Of a stretch of DNA of 64,000 bases, positions 47,736-58,049 are shown one piece after another. Below the pieces are notes generated by a model. It was not told the DNA's origin. It saw only the letters and a program-made list of their open reading frames with translations, and did not search any database. The position numbers were made by a program, and so were the translations under genes. This DNA comes from Candidatus Kapaibacterium sp. Its GTDB lineage: Bacteria > Bacteroidota > Ignavibacteria > Kapaibacteriales > UBA2268. The DNA lies in contig OY761611.1 of the NCBI GenBank assembly GCA_963664875.1, forward strand, positions 2,496,001 through 2,560,000, read 5' to 3'. Within the stretch, counting starts at the first letter, position 1; every line of letters starts with the position of its first letter.

Positions 47736-49391
47736 ATGATACAATTTGGGGTGCTTATGCGAAGATTTTTGATTGCATCCTTATCCGTAGGGATAGGGGT
47801 TTTTATTGGCGTTTTACTGACTCCGCTTATATCCGGCGATTCTATATACGAACAGTTCTACAAGTTCCAATATGTATTTAATACAGCTTATCAGAACTAT
47901 GTAGAAGAAGTTGATCCGGAAAAACTCAATGAAGCTGCCATAGAAGGTATGCTTAACGAGTTAGACGTACACTCTGTATATATGACTGCTGAAGAAATGA
48001 AAGCCGTAAATGAAGATTTTAAAGGTAGCTTTGACGGCATCGGCGTACAGTTTAATGTAGTAGATGACACGATCACCATTGTATCTGCTATTTCCGGCGG
48101 CCCCTCCGAGAAATTGGGTATAATGTCAGGCGATAAAATTGTAAAAATTGATGGCGAAGATGCTATCGGTATGGACAGAAATAAAGTTCCTGATAAACTC
48201 AGAGGTCCAAAAGGGACAATCGTTAATGTTGATATTAAAAGAACCGGAGTAGATGAGCTGCTCAATTTTGAGATCGAACGTGATAAAATTCCTCTTTATA
48301 GCTTAGAGACTGCTTTCCTTTTAGAAAACTCCGATATAGGCTTTTTCAGAATCAACAGATTTATGGAAACAACACACGAAGAGCTTGTAAAAGCCGCTGC
48401 TGAATTGAAAAGTAAAGGCATGAAAAAAATGATTTTAGACCTACGCGGCAACCCGGGTGGATACTTGAATCAGGCATTTATGATGGCAGACGAATTTATC
48501 AAAGGTGGTGACACAATAGTCTATACCAAAGGCAGACTTTCAAAAATGGACGAGACCTTTATCGCGAAAGATGGAGGTATTCTCGAAGATATACCCGTAA
48601 TTGTTCTTGTTGACAGAGGCTCTGCATCTGCATCAGAAATTGTATCCGGAGCGATTCAGGATTTGGATAGAGGTATGGTGCTCGGTGAAACTTCTTTTGG
48701 TAAAGGGCTTGTGCAAAGACAGTTCCCTCTTTCTGACGGCTCTGCTTTCAGACTTACGATTTCTAAATACTATACTCCTTCCGGCAGATGTATCCAGCGT
48801 CCATATAAAGACAAAGATAAATACCGCAGTCTGTATGGTAGATTAGACCTAAAAGAAGGCATGAATATGGAACACGCACTCGAATTGGTTCGTGCAGAAA
48901 ATGACTCTACAGGTGAAGAAATGAATATAGATTCCATTATGTACAAAACTAAAGCCGGCAGACCGGTGCTTGGTGGCGGTGGTATTTCTCCTGATTACAT
49001 TGTGAAATATGATACTACTTCGATAATGTACAGAAAGATTCTTGGCAAAAATCTGTTCTTCCTTTTTGTAGATCAATTTATGCAAGGCGATGGAGCAAAA
49101 CTTAAAGAAAAATTTGGAAGTGATTTCTCTGCTTTCAAAAGAGAGTTCAAAGTTGATGACAAAATTCTCGCAAAATTCAAAGATTATGTTATAAGTAAAG
49201 ACGTAGAGTGGTCTGATAAAGATTATGCTTACAGTAAATCCACTATTCAGAAAATTTTGAAAGGCAACATTGCTACATCAATCTGGAGTAGAGACCGAAA
49301 CTTAGAAATCTACTATGAAGACGAAAAAATGGTGGAAAAAGCAAAAGAATTATTCCCCGAAGCAGTGAAAATTGCAAAGATGAGAAAGTAA
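47736..49391 (+). CDS. S41-family C-terminal processing peptidase
   Basis: PDZ (GIGVQF), LDLRGNPGG, SASASEIVSGAIQD, FGKGLVQ. Start may be ATG 47757. Confidence 0.93.
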   Translation: MIQFGVLMRRFLIASLSVGIGVFIGVLLTPLISGDSIYEQFYKFQYVFNTAYQNYVEEVDPEKLNEAAIEGMLNELDVHSVYMTAEEMKAVNEDFKGSFDGIGVQFNVVDDTITIVSAISGGPSEKLGIMSGDKIVKIDGEDAIGMDRNKVPDKLRGPKGTIVNVDIKRTGVDELLNFEIERDKIPLYSLETAFLLENSDIGFFRINRFMETTHEELVKAAAELKSKGMKKMILDLRGNPGGYLNQAFMMADEFIKGGDTIVYTKGRLSKMDETFIAKDGGILEDIPVIVLVDRGSASASEIVSGAIQDLDRGMVLGETSFGKGLVQRQFPLSDGSAFRLTISKYYTPSGRCIQRPYKDKDKYRSLYGRLDLKEGMNMEHALELVRAENDSTGEEMNIDSIMYKTKAGRPVLGGGGISPDYIVKYDTTSIMYRKILGKNLFFLFVDQFMQGDGAKLKEKFGSDFSAFKREFKVDDKILAKFKDYVISKDVEWSDKDYAYSKSTIQKILKGNIATSIWSRDRNLEIYYEDEKMVEKAKELFPEAVKIAKMRK

Positions 49392-49448
49392 TCAGGTTGT
49401 AAAGTATAATACTGAAAGTAAATACTACTTCAATAAAACCATTAAATA

Positions 49449-49494
49449 AGATAAGGCGTAAACAAAATGAATCACTTTGTTTACGCCTTATCTT
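49449..49494. terminator. Bidirectional terminator between convergent genes
   Basis: AGATAAGGCGTAAACAAA...TTTGTTTACGCCTTATCT long perfect stem. Confidence 0.8.
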
Positions 49495-49516
49495 TATAAT
49501 ATAGAAAATGTACTTA

Positions 49517-50326
49517 CTAATCTTGCCAGTATAAATCGGGTTGACGATCAGAAAATATGTCATTAAATTCGTTAAAAGATTTGTTCCTAGTTGCTTTAGG
49601 GTCTATCTCTGCTGAGATTATCTCTTCGCTTTTTTCGCCTGCTTTGGAGATTTGCTTACCATTGTAAGAATAGATAGCAGACATACCATTGAAGTATAAT
49701 TTTTCTTCATCTCTGGTTTCAGTGCCAATTCTGTTGGCAACTGCGAAATATACTTTATTTTCAAGTGCTCTCGAAGGAGTAGATATGTGCCAGACATCTG
49801 TAACCAAATTTGAAGGAGAAACTATCAAATCTGCTCCTTTCAAAGCAAGAGTCCTTGCGGCTTCGGGGAAACGCCAATCGTAGCAAATCATAGTACCCAA
49901 ACGAAGATCTTTTTCTTCATACTCGATTACTTCGAATCCGGTATCTCCTCTGTCGAAGCAAAAACGTTCTTTGTAAAACAAGTGCGTCTTGCGATAGACA
50001 GAAGAAAATTCTTTATCAGGAAAAATAACTGCTGCCGAATTGAAAACTTTATCTTCGGCTTTTTCTGCAAAACCGCCAACTATAATTATATTTTTCTCCT
50101 CTGCAATTTTTTGCCATGAGGAATAAGTATCTCCTGAAATAGGTTCGGCATATTTTTCGGTTTCTTCTCTTGAAGTGAAAAAGTAGCCCGTTGTAGATAG
50201 CTCCGGCAGGACTATTAAATCAGCATCGGAAGATGTAATAATATCATTGATTTTTTCCAAATTCGCTTCTTTATCAAAAAGCTTAGGACAAAATTGCACA
50301 ACGTCGATTTTCATATCCATAATCAC
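49517..50326 (-). CDS. Carbon-nitrogen hydrolase (nitrilase superfamily)
   Basis: Catalytic triad LPE, YRKTHL, ICYDWRFPE. Start may be ATG 50320 or 50314. Confidence 0.92.
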   Translation of the reverse strand: MIMDMKIDVVQFCPKLFDKEANLEKINDIITSSDADLIVLPELSTTGYFFTSREETEKYAEPISGDTYSSWQKIAEEKNIIIVGGFAEKAEDKVFNSAAVIFPDKEFSSVYRKTHLFYKERFCFDRGDTGFEVIEYEEKDLRLGTMICYDWRFPEAARTLALKGADLIVSPSNLVTDVWHISTPSRALENKVYFAVANRIGTETRDEEKLYFNGMSAIYSYNGKQISKAGEKSEEIISAEIDPKATRNKSFNEFNDIFSDRQPDLYWQD

Positions 50327-50574
50327 TAATTAGTGGTTAAATTTGTATTGCAAACTATGCTTTATTTCAGCATCACGAAATTATATATTTGTCATATAAA
50401 GAAAATATATTGCACATTTACGCAGTATTTTTTTTATTTGTCTTTTATAATGACTTGAAGTTTCCTATTATGCATAAATCGTATAGGTAACTTTTGTAAA
50501 AGTATTTCGTATTTTTTTTGTTGAGAGGAAGATTCGACATACCGTAACAATAATGGTTTTTATTAACAAACGAA

Positions 50575-51459
50575 GTGCAGAGTATGCCTACTTCAAAGAT
50601 TTACAACATGTTTTTTAAGTCTGTTACTTATTTTATACTGGTTGTTTTGCTAACGTCTCTTCTACCACAAGAGCTATTAGCAAAAAAACGAAGAACAAAG
50701 GTAAGCAAAGATAGACGTAAGGAACAGGCTATCAATGTAATCAGGACACAGTCTGAGGAAGTTGCCAAACTTGCCGGATTGGATCCTGTAAAGTCAGACT
50801 CACTCTCCACCGATTCTCTTTATGCAGACATAGCAGAAATGCTAAACTCGTCCGAAATTGATTCGCTTAGTTGCCGTTACCCTGATTCAGAGGATTCACA
50901 AGAAGGTGATTTAGGCGAAGATCCTGCAGAGCTCGAAGCAGAAGACGACGTACAAGTCGAAATCGACGACATTAAGATGCTTTGGCTGACTTTTGTCGAA
51001 GATGAAGACGACAAAATGCTCACCAACAGCGGAATCCGTAAAAATGTTCTTATGGAAAACATAATGGATTGGCTCGGAACTCCTTACAGGTTCGGAGGGC
51101 AATCAAACAGAGCTATTGACTGCTCTGCTTTCACACAGAGAATGTTTTTAGAGACTTGCGACATAGAACTTCCACGTACTGCAAGAACCCAAATAAAAGT
51201 AGGTACGCACGTGGACAGACGCAATCTTCAGTTTGGCGATTTGATATTTTTCAATACTTATTCGCGTCGTTTTGCTTCTCACGTAGGAATTTATTTGGGC
51301 GACAATCTTTTTGCTCATGCGAGTTCAAGGTACGGAGTTACAGTAACTTCTCTCGAAAGTACCTATTACAAGAAGAGGTTTATCGAGGGACGGAGAATTG
51401 GAGTCAGAGATTTGATTAAATACAGTGTTAACGACACTGTCAAATTTGGAAAAAAATAA
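50575..51459 (+). CDS. NlpC/P60 (C40) peptidase with an acidic linker
   Basis: WLGTPYRFGG, DCSAF, LPRTA, GDLIFF, HVGIYLG, FAHAS. True start is probably a downstream ATG. Confidence 0.9.
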   Translation: MQSMPTSKIYNMFFKSVTYFILVVLLTSLLPQELLAKKRRTKVSKDRRKEQAINVIRTQSEEVAKLAGLDPVKSDSLSTDSLYADIAEMLNSSEIDSLSCRYPDSEDSQEGDLGEDPAELEAEDDVQVEIDDIKMLWLTFVEDEDDKMLTNSGIRKNVLMENIMDWLGTPYRFGGQSNRAIDCSAFTQRMFLETCDIELPRTARTQIKVGTHVDRRNLQFGDLIFFNTYSRRFASHVGIYLGDNLFAHASSRYGVTVTSLESTYYKKRFIEGRRIGVRDLIKYSVNDTVKFGKK

Positions 51460-51467
51460 TTTAATAT

Positions 51468-51500
51468 AGAGGTCTTTTGCAAAAATGGCCTCTTTTTTTT
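51468..51500 (+). terminator. Intrinsic terminator
   Basis: AGAGGTCTTTT-GCA-AAAATGGCCTCT followed by a T run. Confidence 0.65.
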
Positions 51501-51678
51501 CGACAATATTGTTGCTTTTTCGTCGCTTATGTCGAAATCTGTACTGAGTTAACATCAATAGACTATTTTGCAATTCCTATATATATATAATATTTACAAT
51601 CTCATATCTTGTATTCCTCTGCTTTGGCATAAGAATTGGATAAGCTAAAACATTCATTTAATTCGGTTTGAGGAAAAT

Positions 51679-52059
51679 ATGAAGCATATAATGAAATTAT
51701 TGCTCTCCTTTGTAGCTGCATTTCTAGTTTTTACTGCCGCTGCATTTGCTTGCGAAATTGAATTTAAAGTATTAAAAGGTGCGAAGCAGACGTATTCTAA
51801 AGACGACGAAATAATTGTCAAAGTTGAAGTCTTTTTCACTCACAAAAACTGTCCTGAGGGTATCTCCAAAACTAAGTTCCAACCTAATGGAGTAGAAATA
51901 GTTTCCGGCACTAAATGGCGAGAAACCTCTTCCGGTCAGTTCGAACGCAAGCTTAAATTAAAAGTTACCAAAGACGGTAAAGGCAAAGCTGTACTTAAAG
52001 CAGTCAGAGAATGCGACAAGGAAGGCGGTCTTGGTACACTTGAATTGAAAACTAAATAG
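51679..52059 (+). CDS. Small secreted hypothetical protein with three Cys
   Basis: GAGG SD, signal peptide AFA-C, HKNC, RECDKEGG. Confidence 0.75.
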   Translation: MKHIMKLLLSFVAAFLVFTAAAFACEIEFKVLKGAKQTYSKDDEIIVKVEVFFTHKNCPEGISKTKFQPNGVEIVSGTKWRETSSGQFERKLKLKVTKDGKGKAVLKAVRECDKEGGLGTLELKTK

Positions 52060-52072
52060 AGAAATAATTCTG

Positions 52073-53230
52073 ATGAGAACTGTTCTTGCTTTTTTATTTG
52101 CATTCCTAATTTACCAAGCTACGTATGCAGAAAACTGTAATTCTTGTTCCGGATGCGACGCTTTCCCGAAAGCCGCTTCGGTAGAATCAACTACAGAGAG
52201 CGGGAACGGTTCTTCCCTAAATGCTCCTGACTCAGATGACGAATTTCAGTCTATAGAGGACGAACAGGCAAATTCTACAAACAACTCAGAAGAAGACTTT
52301 GAAGAGTTTAGCGAAGAAGAATTTGCTGAATTAGACAGTCAGGCAGAAATTGCTGATGATGCTTCTGAGAAGAAAGCAAATCACCTTCAGGTAAGGCTTA
52401 ATTGGGCTTTATTTGCTTTATTTCTGACGGCACTTGCAGGCGTGTTTGTTCGCTATAGAGCTCTCCGCAAAACAAGAAACATATTTTTGCTATCCACACT
52501 GATTTTGTATGGTTTTTATAACGGTGGATGTCCATGTCCTATCTCATCTTTTCAGGAAATTTTCCTTTTAGGTTTCGGGGTAGATATTCCGTGGCAAAAT
52601 CTAATTTGGTTTTTAGGATTGATACCTCTTACATATTTATTCGGCAAAACATGGTGTGGCTGGATATGCCATCTTGGAGCATTCCAAGAATTCCTTTTCA
52701 AATCGAACAAACTTGAGATATTCAAATCGGCAAAATCTCAAACTATCCTAAAATGGGTAAGAATTGCAGCTCTTATAGCTTTGATTGTGCAACTTGCAAT
52801 AACAAAGACAAACTGGTTTTGTGCCATAGATCCTTTCAAAGCTGCTTTTAATATGCTGGCATTTTACGATTTCACATGGTATTTGCTTGGTTTGCTCTTG
52901 ATTAGCTCACTTTTTATCTACCGTCCGTTTTGCAAGACGGTTTGTCCAATCGGATTGGTTTTTGGGTGGGTGCAGTATATTCCAGGTGCATCAGTTCTTG
53001 CTGTAAAGAAAGACTCCTGCTCTTCTTGCAAAAGCTGCGACAAAGCATGTGAGCTGAACGCAATTACCCGAACCGACAATATTTCTGTAATTGACAACTC
53101 TGAATGTATGGCTTGTGGTGACTGCATAGATTCCTGCAAAAAAGACTCACTTACATTTGCAAGAAAATCTAAAAACAATCCTGCAATAGTTCAATGCACA
53201 AACAAAGAATTTGTTGATTTGAAGGTATAA
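52073..53230 (+). CDS. 4Fe-4S binding membrane protein (NapH/CcoG-like polyferredoxin)
   Basis: CPCPI, WCGWICHLG, FC.IDP, RPFCKTVCP, two CxxCxxCxxxC clusters. Confidence 0.85.
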   Translation: MRTVLAFLFAFLIYQATYAENCNSCSGCDAFPKAASVESTTESGNGSSLNAPDSDDEFQSIEDEQANSTNNSEEDFEEFSEEEFAELDSQAEIADDASEKKANHLQVRLNWALFALFLTALAGVFVRYRALRKTRNIFLLSTLILYGFYNGGCPCPISSFQEIFLLGFGVDIPWQNLIWFLGLIPLTYLFGKTWCGWICHLGAFQEFLFKSNKLEIFKSAKSQTILKWVRIAALIALIVQLAITKTNWFCAIDPFKAAFNMLAFYDFTWYLLGLLLISSLFIYRPFCKTVCPIGLVFGWVQYIPGASVLAVKKDSCSSCKSCDKACELNAITRTDNISVIDNSECMACGDCIDSCKKDSLTFARKSKNNPAIVQCTNKEFVDLKV

Positions 53231-53345
53231 TAGTTGTAGTAGGATTCCAATATTACTTCTTACCACAAAAAGTAGAATGACTCCCAATTACACATGTAGT
53301 TTGGTCACTTAATTGTTGTAGTTATTCTTATATATGTAATAACAC

Positions 53346-53741
53346 TTACATATTAATGTATTCTACATACATGCACTTGTTTTGGATAAATGCAATATCG
53401 TTTTTCAAAGCCAGAGCTTTAGCTTCTTCGTTTTCTATGCCGAGTTGTAACCATATTAGTCGGATATCGCCTTTGAGATGTTTTCTTTCTACAGCTTCTT
53501 TTACAACATCAAGAGCTTCTTCGGATGGACGAAAGACATTTAGTATATCTATTTGTTCGGGGATGTCAATTAGTTTACGGTAAACTTTCAGACCACCAAT
53601 ATCTTCTGCGGTTGGATTTATCGGAAAAATATTATAACCTTGCTTATGCATAAACATTGGTACAGTATGTGATGGCTTGGCTGCATTTGCACTCATTCCA
53701 TACACAGCAATATTTTTGTATTTTTCTAAATAATCATTCAT
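53346..53741 (-). CDS. CoA-binding protein (YccU-like)
   Basis: IAVYGMS...KPS, PINP, DILNVFR, IWLQLGI, KCM. Confidence 0.9.
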   Translation of the reverse strand: MNDYLEKYKNIAVYGMSANAAKPSHTVPMFMHKQGYNIFPINPTAEDIGGLKVYRKLIDIPEQIDILNVFRPSEEALDVVKEAVERKHLKGDIRLIWLQLGIENEEAKALALKNDIAFIQNKCMYVEYINM

Positions 53742-53746
53742 TTTAT

Positions 53747-53782
53747 GCCTCGTATTCCGTGGGTTAGCCTCGTATTCCGTGG
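53747..53782. repeat. 16-bp direct repeat GCCTCGTATTCCGTGG, two copies (period 20)
   Basis: Exact copies at 53747-53762 and 53767-53782. Confidence 0.9.
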
Positions 53783-54020
53783 CTATAAATATTCGTGAGA
53801 TGTAGCTTTTTACAAAAATTGTTTATTTTTCTTAAAATCGGGACGTTTGTTAAGTCGTTGTATTACAGTCATTTGTCAAATGAGTTAACAGTAACCTAAA
53901 ATTATAATTTGACAATAGAGAAGATTACAGCATGATACTGCCACAAACAAGCCACGAACAGCCAATTTGACAGTGTGCCATTATGACATGTTCAGTCAAG
54001 CGCTGTTTTGGGTGTAAATA

Positions 54021-54048
54021 AAAAAAGGGCAAACATTTAGTCTGCCCT
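54021..54048 (-). terminator. Terminator after the ECF sigma gene
   Basis: Minus strand AGGGCAGAC-loop-GTTTGCCCT followed by a T run. Confidence 0.7.
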
Positions 54049-54077
54049 AAAAATGACGTATTATATAAAAAACAATT

Positions 54078-54722
54078 TTAGTTGTCGTTTACAGATTGGT
54101 ATAATTCTTTAAGTTTTTTGCGAAGGTGAAGTACTGCATATCTTTTTCTTGCCAAAAGAGTATTGATATTTACTCCTGTTTCTTCTGACATCTCTCTAAA
54201 AGAAACGCCTTCGAACTCATTTCTGACAAATACTTCTCTCTGTTCGTCAGGCAACTCTGATAGGCCTGCCTGCACAGATTCCCAGATAGTTTTACGCAAT
54301 AAATCATTTTCAGGTGATGCTGAGTAGTCCCCCAAGAAATTTTCAAATGCATCTACGCCGTCTTCAGCCTGACCGGGTGTCTGCATGTCGGAGAATGTTT
54401 CTGCTCTTTTCTTTCTGTAAGAATCGATAATACGGTTTCTGACAGCAGTAAAGACCCATGATGCGATGTTTTCGATAGGTTTCTGCACGTTGGCAGATGC
54501 TGCTAAAACATTAGTAAATACATCCTGTAATATGTCTTCTGCTTCCTCTTGGCTGCGGACTCTCTGTCTGATAAAACCCAAGAATTTTTTTCTGTCGGTT
54601 TTAAAGAGATTTTCAATTTGTAAAGCAAGTTCCATATTACCACTCCCGCTAATAGCTGCAAGCTCGTTATTGTCTTCTGTCTCGATAACGTTTTGTTCTA
54701 TCAAATTCAAGTTTTCCGTCAT
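54078..54722 (-). CDS. ECF-type sigma-70 factor
   Basis: EEAEDILQDVF, W.F..VRNRIIDSYRK, LP.EQREVF, NTLLARKRYA. Confidence 0.9.
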   Translation of the reverse strand: MTENLNLIEQNVIETEDNNELAAISGSGNMELALQIENLFKTDRKKFLGFIRQRVRSQEEAEDILQDVFTNVLAASANVQKPIENIASWVFTAVRNRIIDSYRKKRAETFSDMQTPGQAEDGVDAFENFLGDYSASPENDLLRKTIWESVQAGLSELPDEQREVFVRNEFEGVSFREMSEETGVNINTLLARKRYAVLHLRKKLKELYQSVNDN

Positions 54723-55126
54723 GATGAGTCTCCTATCCCTGATTTAAGTTCTGAACTTTTAAGCTACCAGTCTGATTTATTTTATAATAATTAGTGACAT
54801 ATTGTCATAGGTGCTTTGTTATATATCTAATATTGAAATTATTGTGCCAATTTTTCTTATTATATACAATAAATTCAAATCTCTCTCTATTATACTCTAA
54901 AATATCCTAATATCCTAATAATTTTTAAAATATCGGGAATTTTGAGGCTATTCGTGCCCCCTTTATCAAATAACACACTTATTGGGAAAAAGTATCAAAT
55001 TATTTTCATTTAGTTGAAAAATTTTACTCTATAAGATTTGTTTGTGTGTGCCATTTGTTTTTTTTATATCCTTATATATTATTATATTCAAAAAAGGGAT
55101 TTGCACATAATCTGAGAAATTTAGTT

Positions 55127-55750
55127 ATGAAACAACATATTTTCATGCTTATCTGCTTAGCACTGATTGCCAATGCCTGTAGTTTCAGTATTAAGTCTGA
55201 GTATCCCGAAATAAAATATTATGACATGACTGACAATAATTTGTCTTCAAAAAAAATCGAAAATTCAATTCCTTACAGTATTTATATCAGGCCATTTTCT
55301 TCTCTATCTCAGTTTGATACTGATCAGATGATTGAAAAAAGAGATGGCAACAAAATCCATAGATTTTATTACCACCGATGGATAGAAGATTTCTCTGATT
55401 TATTTCGCAATATTACTATTGCAGAACTTAAACGCTCTGAGATTGCCGGTAAAGGTGTTGTTGATAATGCACTTATGTTTGGCAATCCGGAATTGATAAT
55501 TGATGCACAGATACTAGATGCCATGGCATATAATATCGACGAAACAGATAATTACTCGGCGGTGCTTGAAATTGAGTTTACTGTTTCAAAATACGCAGAA
55601 AATAACCAGACAAATATATTAATAAAAAAAATCTATAAAGAATCAGTCAAACGAAACGGTAGTGAAGCCTCCACAATCAATTCTGCTTTTGCGGTGGCGT
55701 CACATAACATTATTTCGCAACTGCTTGATGACTTAACCAATTTAAAATAG
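55127..55750 (+). CDS. ABC-transport auxiliary lipoprotein-like (PqiC-like) protein
   Basis: Lipobox IANAC, KYYD, FDT..M, YYHRW. ATG 55127 is preferred over GTG 55046. Confidence 0.6.
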   Translation: MKQHIFMLICLALIANACSFSIKSEYPEIKYYDMTDNNLSSKKIENSIPYSIYIRPFSSLSQFDTDQMIEKRDGNKIHRFYYHRWIEDFSDLFRNITIAELKRSEIAGKGVVDNALMFGNPELIIDAQILDAMAYNIDETDNYSAVLEIEFTVSKYAENNQTNILIKKIYKESVKRNGSEASTINSAFAVASHNIISQLLDDLTNLK

Positions 55751-55757
55751 GAAAAAA

Positions 55758-56507
55758 ATGGAATATTCTTTACATCATGAGCATTTTAGAGAAATATCTT
55801 CAACCAACGATTACGCAAAAGAGCTATTAGAAAAGCATCCTCTTGTTCTTGTTACTGCTGACTATCAGACCAGCGGAAGAGGTCGAAACCAACACAAGTG
55901 GGAAGGAGATTATGGTCTTAACGTGTACGCATCTTTGGGCATAAATCACGAAAACGGACCTCTTGCTTTGGATAATATAGCTATGTATCAAATATTGGCA
56001 TGCCTTGCTACCAAATCTGTCTTGCAAAGGCTTACAAATTTTGATTCTTTTCAGCTAAAGTACCCAAATGATGTTTATGCTAAAACAGACGGCGTTTATA
56101 AGAAAATATCAGGAATTTTAGCTGAGCACTCTTTTTTAGGAGCTTCCTGCACAAGAACTGTAATCGGCATCGGAATCAATAACGAACAGGAAGATTTTGA
56201 AGATCTTTCTTCTACAGCTACTTCACTGTCTTTACTTGGCTATAAAATTGACAATGTAGAGCTAACAAATATGCTCGCATCAAAATTGATTGATTTTCTT
56301 AACGTCAATCATATTGATATATTCAATCAATGGCAAAAAGAATTAAAAATAGTAGGCAAGACTGCTAAGCTAATAAATAACGGCGAATTTGTAGTTATCC
56401 ATAGAATTTTGCCTGACGGTCGATTGTTAGCACTATCTACTGCAACAAACGAAGAAAAAATAATTGATAATGGCGATTCAATAAGGTATAATCTTGAACC
56501 TTTCTAA
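55758..56507 (+). CDS. birA: Biotin--protein ligase (no HTH)
   Basis: STND, QTSGRGR...W, KYPND, KISGIL, GIGIN. Confidence 0.92.
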   Translation: MEYSLHHEHFREISSTNDYAKELLEKHPLVLVTADYQTSGRGRNQHKWEGDYGLNVYASLGINHENGPLALDNIAMYQILACLATKSVLQRLTNFDSFQLKYPNDVYAKTDGVYKKISGILAEHSFLGASCTRTVIGIGINNEQEDFEDLSSTATSLSLLGYKIDNVELTNMLASKLIDFLNVNHIDIFNQWQKELKIVGKTAKLINNGEFVVIHRILPDGRLLALSTATNEEKIIDNGDSIRYNLEPF

Positions 56508-57249
56508 ATACATAGCGTTTGATATTGGCAATTCACGACTGAAAGCCTTTGACGGCACTGAACTGATTGCTTTAGAATACGGTCAAAGTTGCGTAAGCGA
56601 ACTTAAGGAGTATCTGCATAGTTTTGATAATGTTTATGTTAATGCTGCCCTTTCTTCGGTTAACAGTTCAAAAAAAGATGTTTTTCTTGAATTGATAAAG
56701 GATTTGGATAGCTTTAATATTGTGAGTGCAGAAGAGCTTCTCGCAGAATATGCAACTTTTGAATATAAGCATATTATTGGAATCGGTACCGACAGGCTGC
56801 TTGGTCTTCAGGGAGCGTTGCAGGTTTCTCCGGCACCGCTGATTACAATAGACTGTGGGACAGCTATAACAGTGAATTGCATCAATAAAGATAATATCTG
56901 CGTTGGTGGAGCTATAATGCCGGGTGCTTTTACTCAGCTATCGTCTCTGTCTGAACACACAGATTTGTCTGTTCCCCGCGACTTAAACAAAACACCCGGA
57001 GCAGGCAAATGTACTAATGATGCCATACTTTCAGGAGTGGTGCATGGTATCTCCGGAGCTATCGAAAAAATAACAGGTCTGATTATCAAAGAAGAGCTCA
57101 ATGGAGAAATACCGGAGATTTTTCTGACAGGTGGATATGCTAAAGAAATTGAAATGCTTTTGAATCTGCCTCATGTTAGGCGCAATGATTTGCTTGTTCT
57201 CCGTGGGCTGTATCACCTCTTAAGAAAACATACTGAAAAGCGCGGTTAA
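56494..57249 (+). CDS. coaX: Type III pantothenate kinase
   Basis: DIGNSRLK, SSV, GTDR, IDCGTAIT, GGAIMPG, LTGG; TTG start overlapping birA. Confidence 0.92.
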   Translation: MNLSKYIAFDIGNSRLKAFDGTELIALEYGQSCVSELKEYLHSFDNVYVNAALSSVNSSKKDVFLELIKDLDSFNIVSAEELLAEYATFEYKHIIGIGTDRLLGLQGALQVSPAPLITIDCGTAITVNCINKDNICVGGAIMPGAFTQLSSLSEHTDLSVPRDLNKTPGAGKCTNDAILSGVVHGISGAIEKITGLIIKEELNGEIPEIFLTGGYAKEIEMLLNLPHVRRNDLLVLRGLYHLLRKHTEKRG

Positions 57250-57404
57250 AATGCTTTAAAGCAACCGCGTTTTTTACAATAAGAATGTCTCTATCCCTTC
57301 CCCCGCTTGAGATAAATCTATATTCCATATTAGGACTTTCCGAAAAAAAATTGCTTTTGTTATTTTAATTCAAGGAATTATATTTGCAGCCAAAGGAGTC
57401 TGAC

Positions 57405-57998
57405 ATGAGCTTATACAATAAAGTACGTGCCGTAAATGCTGTCTTTAATTCTCTTTTAAAAGAAACCCGCCAATTCTCAGAAAAGAGCGGAATGCAGTGT
57501 CCGATAGGCTGCTCAAAATGTTGCCTGAAAGAAGATATCGAAGCAACACCTCTGGAATTTTTACCTTTTGCTTATGACTTATATAAGCAGGATAAACTTT
57601 TCACATTTCTTGATAGGATGGAGAATATGCCGACTGATGGCAGGTGCATACTTTACAACCCAATGCAATCCTTGAGCGAGCCCGGTGCATGTGCAGACTA
57701 TAAAAACAGAGGTCTTATTTGCAGACTATTCGGATATTCTGCTACTTACAACAAAGCAGGAGTAAAGCAAGTAGTAACCTGCCAAACTATGAAAAACATC
57801 AACGCTGAGCATTTTACTGTCATCAGCAATAAAATAAACAGTGGGATGAAAATTCCAATGATGAGAGATTACTATCTGAAACTATACAGCATAGACAGCA
57901 ACCTCTCCATGAAGCATTATCCGATAAATACAGCCATCAAAAAGGCAGTGGAATATGTGGCTACATATTATATCTACAGAACAAAAAAGGTAATTTGA
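57405..57998 (+). CDS. YkgJ-family cysteine-cluster protein
   Basis: CPIGCSKCC, CILY, CADYKNRGLICRLFG. ATG 57405 follows an AAGGAG SD. Confidence 0.85.
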   Translation: MSLYNKVRAVNAVFNSLLKETRQFSEKSGMQCPIGCSKCCLKEDIEATPLEFLPFAYDLYKQDKLFTFLDRMENMPTDGRCILYNPMQSLSEPGACADYKNRGLICRLFGYSATYNKAGVKQVVTCQTMKNINAEHFTVISNKINSGMKIPMMRDYYLKLYSIDSNLSMKHYPINTAIKKAVEYVATYYIYRTKKVI

Positions 57999-58049
57999 GC
58001 CTTATTTTTCGAAGAACATGTTACTTACAGCTATCTTTTACAGCTTAGT

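Noticed and set aside
53232-53330. Weak hairpins between the polyferredoxin and CoA-binding genes
   Set aside because: AT-rich imperfect stems between convergent genes, probably termination signals; not enough support for an ncRNA.
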